Shown here: positions 27,117 to 32,648 of the stretch, one piece after another
Position numbering within the stretch: position 1 is the stretch's first letter
Layout: every line of letters starts with the position of its first letter
The notes under the pieces: model-generated
The model's input: only the letters and a program-made list of their open reading frames with translations
Told to the model about the DNA's origin: nothing
Databases searched by the model: none
Program-made: the position numbers and the translations under genes
NCBI GenBank assembly: GCA_038824715.1
Contig: JAWBPP010000005.1
Location: forward strand, 1 to 32,648
Reading direction: 5' to 3'
DNA length: 32,648 nucleotides
Source: Candidatus Anstonellaceae archaeon
GTDB taxonomy: Archaea > Micrarchaeota > Micrarchaeia > Anstonellales > Anstonellaceae

Positions 27117-27138
27117 AAAGTTAAGCGCGCTTAACTTT
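27117..27138. promoter_or_regulatory. Perfect 22-bp palindrome, probable DtxR/MntR operator
   Basis: AAAGTTAAGCGCGCTTAACTTT lies between a TATA-like element (TTAAAAA on the minus strand, about 27136-27142) and the regulator start codon. Confidence 0.75.
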
Positions 27139-27197
27139 TTAAGGCAGATGCAGGCAGAGAGGTAAATCTTTTTTAACCCTCGTTGAGAATCTGCTCC

Positions 27198-27410
27198 ATG
27201 GCATCAGACAAGACAAGGGCGGCAATCGCATTCGTCAAGGTGCTTGTGGCGCTTGCCGCAGGCTACGGGATAAGCTGGATTTGGATCGACACGCGCGGCT
27301 TCCAGGACGAGGTCTACGTGCCGTTTGCCCCGTATGTGGCAGGGCTGATAGTTGCAGTGATGGTCTACCTGCTGCTTACCAAGCTTTCCAAGGGAAGCGG
27401 CGGCGACTAG
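27198..27410 (+). CDS. Small two-TM membrane protein
   Basis: MASDKTR start, two hydrophobic helices; TTTTTTAA about 25 nt upstream. Confidence 0.7.
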   Translation: MASDKTRAAIAFVKVLVALAAGYGISWIWIDTRGFQDEVYVPFAPYVAGLIVAVMVYLLLTKLSKGSGGD

Positions 27411-27411
27411 C

Positions 27412-28410
27412 TCAGGCAGAAAGCGCAAACATCCTGTCCAGCGAAGCTTTTGCCTTCTTCACCACAGAAGGAGAGAGAGTCACCTCATTCTGAGGCAAGC
27501 CGCCCTGCAGGATTTCAAGTATTGCGGCAAGCGAGTTCTTTTTCATGTATGGGCAAAGCGAGCACATGCCTACAAACTCCTTTTTGGGAAACTCGCTTCG
27601 CAGCCTGTCCGAAAGCCCGCATTCGGTCAAAAGCATGAATGATGGCGCGTCGGAATTCTTGACGTATTTTTCCATGTCAGTTGTGCCGCCCATAAGGTCT
27701 GCCGATTGTGCAATCTCAGGAGGGCACTCGGAATGCGCAAGCACGCGGATGCCAGGGAACTGGTTGCGCACAGCATCCACTTTGCGGGAATCGAAATCCT
27801 TGTGCACCACGCACTTGGAGCGCCATGAGACTATCGTCTTGCCTGTTTCCCTTGCAAGATTTTTCGCCATGAATTCGTCTGGCACGAAAATTATTTCCTT
27901 TTCCGGAAAGCTCCCGATTATTTTCGCCGCGTTCGCACTCGTGCAGCATGCGTCTGACTCCGCTTTTACTTCTGCAGAAGTGTTCACATAGCAGATTACT
28001 GGCGCGCCCTTGTGCTCCTTTTTGAGCTGCCGCACATCCTCTGCCGTGATGTCGTCTGCAAGCGAGCAGCCTGCATCAAGCGAGGGCACGAACACACGCT
28101 TGTCAGGGTTGATTATTTTTGCTGTTTCTGCCATGAATTTTACGCCTGAGAAGATGATTGTTTGCGCACTCGTGTTTTTAGCCTGCAAGGAAAGGCCGTA
28201 CGAGTCGCCCACAAAATCAGCAACACCGTATATTATGTCAGGCGTCTGGTAGGAATGCGCAAGCACAATTGCATTTTTTTCCTTCTTCAGCTTGTTTATT
28301 TCAAGGGTGAGGGGCGCGTATGTTTTGCAAGTGTCTAAGCTCCAGCCCAAGCTGGACAGTCTGGTGTGCAGCCTTGCAGCCTCTTCGTTAAGCTCGTTTT
28401 GTGAGAACAT
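27412..28410 (-). CDS. nadA: Quinolinate synthase
   Basis: LAHSYQ, GDSYGL, GVKFMAETAK, AGCSLA, YVNTSAEVKA, CCTSANA, CVVH, AHSEC and CPYMK. Start at ATG 28410 (track GTG 28428). Confidence 0.96.
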   Translation of the reverse strand: MFSQNELNEEAARLHTRLSSLGWSLDTCKTYAPLTLEINKLKKEKNAIVLAHSYQTPDIIYGVADFVGDSYGLSLQAKNTSAQTIIFSGVKFMAETAKIINPDKRVFVPSLDAGCSLADDITAEDVRQLKKEHKGAPVICYVNTSAEVKAESDACCTSANAAKIIGSFPEKEIIFVPDEFMAKNLARETGKTIVSWRSKCVVHKDFDSRKVDAVRNQFPGIRVLAHSECPPEIAQSADLMGGTTDMEKYVKNSDAPSFMLLTECGLSDRLRSEFPKKEFVGMCSLCPYMKKNSLAAILEILQGGLPQNEVTLSPSVVKKAKASLDRMFALSA

Positions 28411-28518
28411 AAACAAACCAAAATCCACTTTTGAGCGAGCGATTCGTGCCGACCGGAATAAGGGCGGCAGGCGTTTTCTTCTTGCAAACGACGCGCATAT
28501 TGTTTTTCTTTATTTTTT

Positions 28519-28830
28519 GCAAGCGGGGGGTGGTAGCCTGCCTTCTGTGCCAAGACGGCATTGGACTTAGCGGCGTAAAGCCTTGCACCGCGCACGGCGG
28601 ATGACGCACCGAAGTGCATATTCGCCTCAGCCCGGTTTCCCAGGCATCCTGTCCATGCAGGGACCGTTTCATCTGCCGTTCGGCATCTCCTTTCGTCATC
28701 TTCATCTGCCGAATGCAGTCTTTCGTTTCTGTTTCCCATTGCCCCTTAAGGGCTTAGGACTCTTGCGGTGGGCAGAACTTCCTCCCTTAGCTCTCGAAAG
28801 AGCCAGGTTTGCCATCCTCCCCCCACTGGC
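28519..28830 (-). ncRNA. rnpB: RNase P RNA
   Basis: Minus strand: P1 GTGGGGGGAGG/CCACCCCCCGC, P2 GGATGGCA/TGCCGTCT, CR-I GAGGAAGTTCTGCCC, ACAGAAAC, TGAAACGG, GGTGCAAG and CR-V ACAGAAGGCAGGCTA. Confidence 0.9.
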
Positions 28831-28885
28831 ATCTTTAATATGAAATGGCTGCTTTTAATGCCTTTCGCCTCCAATTAGACGTCGT

Positions 28886-29168
28886 GCCAAGGTAACTCAG
28901 ATGTGGATTTGCTTGCATTTCTACAGAGGAGCTTGGTTAGAGTGCCAGACTCATAGAACCCTTTTTGCTTGCCTCGTTCGCATTTGCTGCAGCTCACTCG
29001 GCTGCGCAAAAAGCGTTCACGGAAAACGTGAGCTCGAGGCAGCGGGGACAATGTATGAGTGATGAGTCTCTTTGGAGACGATGATATAGAATGACACTCT
29101 GCCGCGAATTGTCGCGCGCAGGCAACCGAGAAATCTGGAAGCCGCGTGTTCAAATCACGCCCTTGGCA
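28886..29168 (+). tRNA. Elongator tRNA-Met(CAT) with two introns: 31 nt in the D loop (15/16; 28901-28931) and 177 nt at 37/38 (28956-29132)
   Basis: Exons 28886-28900, 28932-28955 and 29133-29168 join into a 75-nt cloverleaf: GCCAAGG/CCTTGGC, ACTC/GAGT, CCAGA-CT CAT A^A-TCTGG, GCGTG-TTCAAAT-CACGC. Confidence 0.88.
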
Positions 29169-29260
29169 TTTTCTTCTTCAGAAAATGCCAGCCATTTTTC
29201 AGCAGAAAAATAGGATGGCACATTTTCATTTTTACTAATTTTATCGCAAAAAATTCCAAT

Positions 29261-29839
29261 ATGAATATAAACCATCCCGAATCTACTTTTCCCATGGAAG
29301 ACCTCCGCTGGATTGCAGATGCAAGGCGCAAGCTCGGCCTGACACAGCATTCGCTTGCCAAGATGGCTGGCGTGTCGCAATCGCTTGTCGCAAAAATCGA
29401 GGCAGGCAGGATTGACCCGGCTTATTCGAAAGCAAGGAGGATAATCGAGTCGCTTGAGCGCTCCCAAGCTGCATCGGAAAAAACAGCAAGGGAGCTCATG
29501 CACGGCGGGGCGCAGACCATCTCGCCTTCTGAAACGCTCCATTCCGCAGCGCAGAAGATGAGGAAACTTGCAATTTCTCAGCTGCCGGTTTTTGACGGAA
29601 GGCAGGTCGTGGGGAGCATCTCCGAGCAGACCATACTTTCAAACTTTTCTGCAGACCCGAAAAAGACGGCCGGCATGAAAGTGGGCGACGTGATGGATGA
29701 GGCATTCCCAACAGCGCTTGCCTCCACGCCTGCTTCAGCAATAGCCGCTCTTTTGCGCCATTACCCCGCAGTGCTTGTAATGGAGAAGGGGAAGGTGGCA
29801 GGGATAATAACCAAGGCTGACTTGCTGAAGACGATTTAG
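29261..29839 (+). CDS. XRE-HTH plus CBS-pair transcriptional regulator
   Basis: RRKLGLTQHSLAKMAGVSQSLVAKIEAGRIDPAYSK HTH; ISQLPV..VVGSISE and GIITKADLL CBS motifs. Confidence 0.92.
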   Translation: MNINHPESTFPMEDLRWIADARRKLGLTQHSLAKMAGVSQSLVAKIEAGRIDPAYSKARRIIESLERSQAASEKTARELMHGGAQTISPSETLHSAAQKMRKLAISQLPVFDGRQVVGSISEQTILSNFSADPKKTAGMKVGDVMDEAFPTALASTPASAIAALLRHYPAVLVMEKGKVAGIITKADLLKTI

Positions 29840-29941
29840 GAGAGGGGCGCACCTGATGAGGAATTTTCAAAAATTCCTCAGCATTAGGAAATCCGAAAGG
29901 ATTTGCTACTAAAATTAAAACGTTTGGTGAGAAGGAGAGCC

Positions 29942-30616
29942 ATGGCAGATGAGAAAGCTGCGGCAGCTGGCAAAGCACTTGCATTCGTAAAGCCCGGCAT
30001 GAGAGTGGGCCTTGGCACAGGAAGCACATCAGCCATATTCATCGAGCTTTTGGGGAAGAAAAACAAGAAGGAAAAGCTGGATTTGACTTGCATCGCGACT
30101 TCCGAAGCCTCTGAGAAACAGGCGAAAAAACTCGGGCTGCGCCTTGCCACTTTTGCAGAGCTGAAAGGAATTGACGTGGCATTTGACGGGGCAGACCAAG
30201 TCGACCCTGAGAAGAACCTGATAAAGGGCTTGGGAGGCGCGTTTGTGAGAGAGAAGATAGTGGACTACCGCGCGGAGAAATTCATCGTGATGGTGGGCGA
30301 GAACAAGATGGTGGACGCCCTTTGCGGGATTGTGCCTGTAGAAGTCATACCCCTTGCCGAGGAGGCTGTAAGGCGAGAAATCCTTGCCCTTGGAGCAAAG
30401 AGCGCGCCCACGAGGATGGAGGGCAAAAGGAAATTTGTTTCCGACAACGGGAACTTCATCATCCATGCAGAGTTCGGACCTCTTTCTGACCCAAGGAGGA
30501 TGGAGGAGAGGATAAACTGGATTCCCGGAGTTGTGGACAACGGCATTTTCACCTCGCAGAATGTGAGTATTGTGGTCGGGAGGAAAGACGGCACGGCGCA
30601 GGCAATAGAGTGGTGA
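29942..30616 (+). CDS. rpiA: Ribose-5-phosphate isomerase A
   Basis: VGLGTGST, DVAFDGADQV, LIKGLGGA, REKIV, PVEV, DNGNFI and IPGVVDNGIF. Confidence 0.96.
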   Translation: MADEKAAAAGKALAFVKPGMRVGLGTGSTSAIFIELLGKKNKKEKLDLTCIATSEASEKQAKKLGLRLATFAELKGIDVAFDGADQVDPEKNLIKGLGGAFVREKIVDYRAEKFIVMVGENKMVDALCGIVPVEVIPLAEEAVRREILALGAKSAPTRMEGKRKFVSDNGNFIIHAEFGPLSDPRRMEERINWIPGVVDNGIFTSQNVSIVVGRKDGTAQAIEW

Positions 30617-30617
30617 C

Positions 30618-31121
30618 ATGCTTCTTCTGCCAGAGAACTTGCGCGAAGAGGTGAGAAAGCCGTTCGGAAAAGTCCTTACAGGGAAAAAATTATCCCTTGA
30701 AATTGCGAATGCACCCCGCCCGCTTATCTCTGTGGGCGACCAGTGCAGCGCAGACCTCATAAAAAATGGCACGCCACCAGACATGCTTGTCTTTGACTTC
30801 AAGATTAAGCGCGAAGAAATACCGAAGGAGATGAAGCAGCTTCTTGCTCCTTTTGCCAAGAATGCGTTTGTTGTCCTTTCCGCGCCAGGAGTGATAAGCG
30901 ACCAGCTCGAAGAAGCAGTTAAGCACCTGCTGGCAGAAGGAAATGGCGCAATATTCGTGGCAGGCGAGGACGATTTGTCAGCCCTTCTCATCATGGCGCA
31001 TGCGAAAAAAGGGACGCTTGTTTATGGGCAGCCTGACATGGGAGCGGTTGTCGTGGAGCTTGGGAAGAAAGAGACTGTAAAAAGGGCGCAAGGCGCATTG
31101 GACAGGATGACAAGGCAATAG
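30618..31121 (+). CDS. GTP-dependent dephospho-CoA kinase (DUF359 family)
   Basis: LPENLREEVRKPFG, ISVGD, DFKIKR, APGVIS, GEDDL and YGQPDMG motifs. Confidence 0.88.
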   Translation: MLLLPENLREEVRKPFGKVLTGKKLSLEIANAPRPLISVGDQCSADLIKNGTPPDMLVFDFKIKREEIPKEMKQLLAPFAKNAFVVLSAPGVISDQLEEAVKHLLAEGNGAIFVAGEDDLSALLIMAHAKKGTLVYGQPDMGAVVVELGKKETVKRAQGALDRMTRQ

Positions 31122-31123
31122 GC

Positions 31124-31867
31124 TCAAATGTTGCAGACCGGCGCAGGAAGGAGCTTGTGCCTGTTTTTTTCCATGCGCTCAAGGACGGCGGCAACGGTCT
31201 TCTTCCCGTATTTATTTTCCAATCCATTTCTTTTTTCCCCTTTTTCGATTCCCCGCAATATGTCGTCAGCAACTTCGTACGAAAAGCCAAGCTCATTTTC
31301 AGCAGTCTGCCCTGCCCAAAGAGCAGGCGAGGGCGGCTTCTTCGCAACGGACGGCGGCACGCCCATCTGCATGGCAAGTTCCCGGACTTCTGTCTTGTAA
31401 AGCCCACCGATGGGAAACAGGTCCGCTCCGCCATCGCCGTATTTGGTGAAATAGCCCAGCATGAACTCAGATTTGTCCCCTGTCCCGACAACCAAGCCGT
31501 CGTTTTTTGCAGCAAGCGAATAGAGGATAGCCATCCGCACACGGGCAGATGTGTTGGCTCGTGAAAGTTTGTCTGCGGAAAGGGAGCCGAATGAGGCGAG
31601 AATGGGGCCAATTGGAATTGTTTTTGCTTTTACTTTGAACTTTTTGGCGAGCAGTTTCGCATCCGAAATGTCGCGCGCTGGAGTGGACGGCGAAGGAAGG
31701 AGGACTGCAAGAACCCGTTTGCTTCCAAGCGCCTTGCAGCACAGGGCAAGCGTGGCGGCGGAGTCAAGCCCGCCAGAAAGGCCGATGACCGCAGTGCGCT
31801 TTTTTGAGGAGGAAAAATAATTGCGAATGAATCTGATTATTTTCTTTTCTACTGCTTTTGCACCCAT
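31124..31867 (-). CDS. nadE: NH3-dependent NAD+ synthetase
   Basis: GLSGGLDS, N..ARVRM, GTGDKSE..LGYFTKYGDG, LYKTEV and KPPSPALW.GQT.E. Confidence 0.96.
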   Translation of the reverse strand: MGAKAVEKKIIRFIRNYFSSSKKRTAVIGLSGGLDSAATLALCCKALGSKRVLAVLLPSPSTPARDISDAKLLAKKFKVKAKTIPIGPILASFGSLSADKLSRANTSARVRMAILYSLAAKNDGLVVGTGDKSEFMLGYFTKYGDGGADLFPIGGLYKTEVRELAMQMGVPPSVAKKPPSPALWAGQTAENELGFSYEVADDILRGIEKGEKRNGLENKYGKKTVAAVLERMEKNRHKLLPAPVCNI

Positions 31868-31876
31868 CCAATCACT

Positions 31877-32648
31877 TCAGTAGGCAGTTGCAAGAGGGAA
31901 GAACTTTTTCTTGATTTCTTCGATTACCACAATCAGGAATGCCGAGCCTGCTATGACTGCAAGGTCAAATGGCTCAAGGGGCACGGTCTTGAAAATCTCC
32001 TGCAGGGCAGGCAGGTAGACGATGAGCATATGGAGCAGGAGCGAGACGATTATTGCAGCATAGATGTAAAGGTTGGAAAATGGCCGCGAAAGCACTGATT
32101 GTTGCGCAGAGCGGCAGTTAAGAGCGTTGAAAAGCTGCAGGAAGACAAAGAGAGTGAATACTGCGGTGAATGCCTTCTCTTGCGAGAATGACAGGTAAGA
32201 GTAGAAGACCGCAAGCGAAACTGCAGCCATGGCAACTCCAATCAGGACTATGGAAAGTGCGAGGTTCTGGCTTATGAAGGGCGCTTTTGAGTTCCTGGGC
32301 TTCTTTTTCATCTCCTCGTTCGACGGCGGCTCTGCACCCAAGGCAAGTGCTGGCGGGCCGTCAATCATGATGTTTATCCAGAGTATCTGCACTGGGATAA
32401 GGGGCAGAGGCATGCCAAGGAGCGGGGCGGAAAACATCAGGCAAAGCGCGGCAACGTTGGTGGAGAGCTGGTAGCGCACAAAGGACTTTATGTTGTTGAA
32501 GACCGTCCTGCCGTATTTTATCGCAGAAACAATGGAAGCGAAATTGTCGTCAGTGAGCACTATTTCCGAGACTTCTTTTGACACATCGGTTCCAGTTATG
32601 CCCATTGCAACCCCAATGTCAGCTTTCTTGAGCGCTTGAGAATCATTC
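31877..32648 (-). CDS. Cation-translocating P-type ATPase (type IIA, Ca2+-like), C-terminal part; 5' end outside window
   Basis: NDSQALKKADIGVAMGITGTDV hinge, DDNFASIV, QILWINIMIDGPPALALG and LQLFNALNCRS. Confidence 0.93.
   Translation of the reverse strand, partial: NDSQALKKADIGVAMGITGTDVSKEVSEIVLTDDNFASIVSAIKYGRTVFNNIKSFVRYQLSTNVAALCLMFSAPLLGMPLPLIPVQILWINIMIDGPPALALGAEPPSNEEMKKKPRNSKAPFISQNLALSIVLIGVAMAAVSLAVFYSYLSFSQEKAFTAVFTLFVFLQLFNALNCRSAQQSVLSRPFSNLYIYAAIIVSLLLHMLIVYLPALQEIFKTVPLEPFDLAVIAGSAFLIVVIEEIKKKFFPLATAY

Noticed and set aside
28292-29153. Short ORFs 28292-28570, 28335-28739, 28388-28705, 28583-28843 and 28875-29153
   Set aside because: They overlap the RNase P RNA and tRNA-Met and have non-protein-like composition.
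29853-29908. Hammerhead ribozyme (CTGATGAG...GAAA)
   Set aside because: No stem III/NUH or stem I partner can be found, and the CUGAUGAG is sequestered in an 11-bp hairpin; treated as a twin-hairpin element.
30029-30994. Long antisense ORF (321 aa), and similar ones such as 11693-12463 and 22609-23298
   Set aside because: Shadow frames of well-conserved genes on the opposite strand.
1-32648. CRISPR array, transposase, integrase or prophage
   Set aside because: No regularly spaced repeats and no recognisable recombinase or viral proteins were seen.

Overview
Archaeal chromosomal segment of about 50% GC. The gene set and gene features suggest a DPANN lineage, most likely Micrarchaeota (inference): pelota, ABCE1, Hjc, archaeal DnaG, SmAP, pantoate kinase, DUF359 dephospho-CoA kinase, GGTGA-type RBSs, an 'LLLFGC' lipoprotein and BHB tRNA introns. 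Housekeeping and cofactor genes (NadA, NadE, tandem ThyX, RpiA, Kbl, MntH/MntR, VIT1, P-type ATPase) are mixed with orphan genes. The ORF track misses a rich RNA layer. It includes four tRNAs (His, Val, Ala, Met), three of them intron-containing, with tRNA-Met carrying two introns. It also includes a structurally unusual RNase P RNA, two box C/D guide sRNAs, a probable self-targeting C/D guide inside the tRNA-Met intron and two unassigned structured RNA candidates. A recurrent twin-hairpin (cruciform-like) element occurs inside these RNAs and in intergenic gaps. An orphan cassette at 16.3-17.9 kb encodes an outer-membrane-beta-barrel-like protein between two genes sharing a 39-aa N-terminal module. 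All product calls come from motif recognition by eye; no searches were run.
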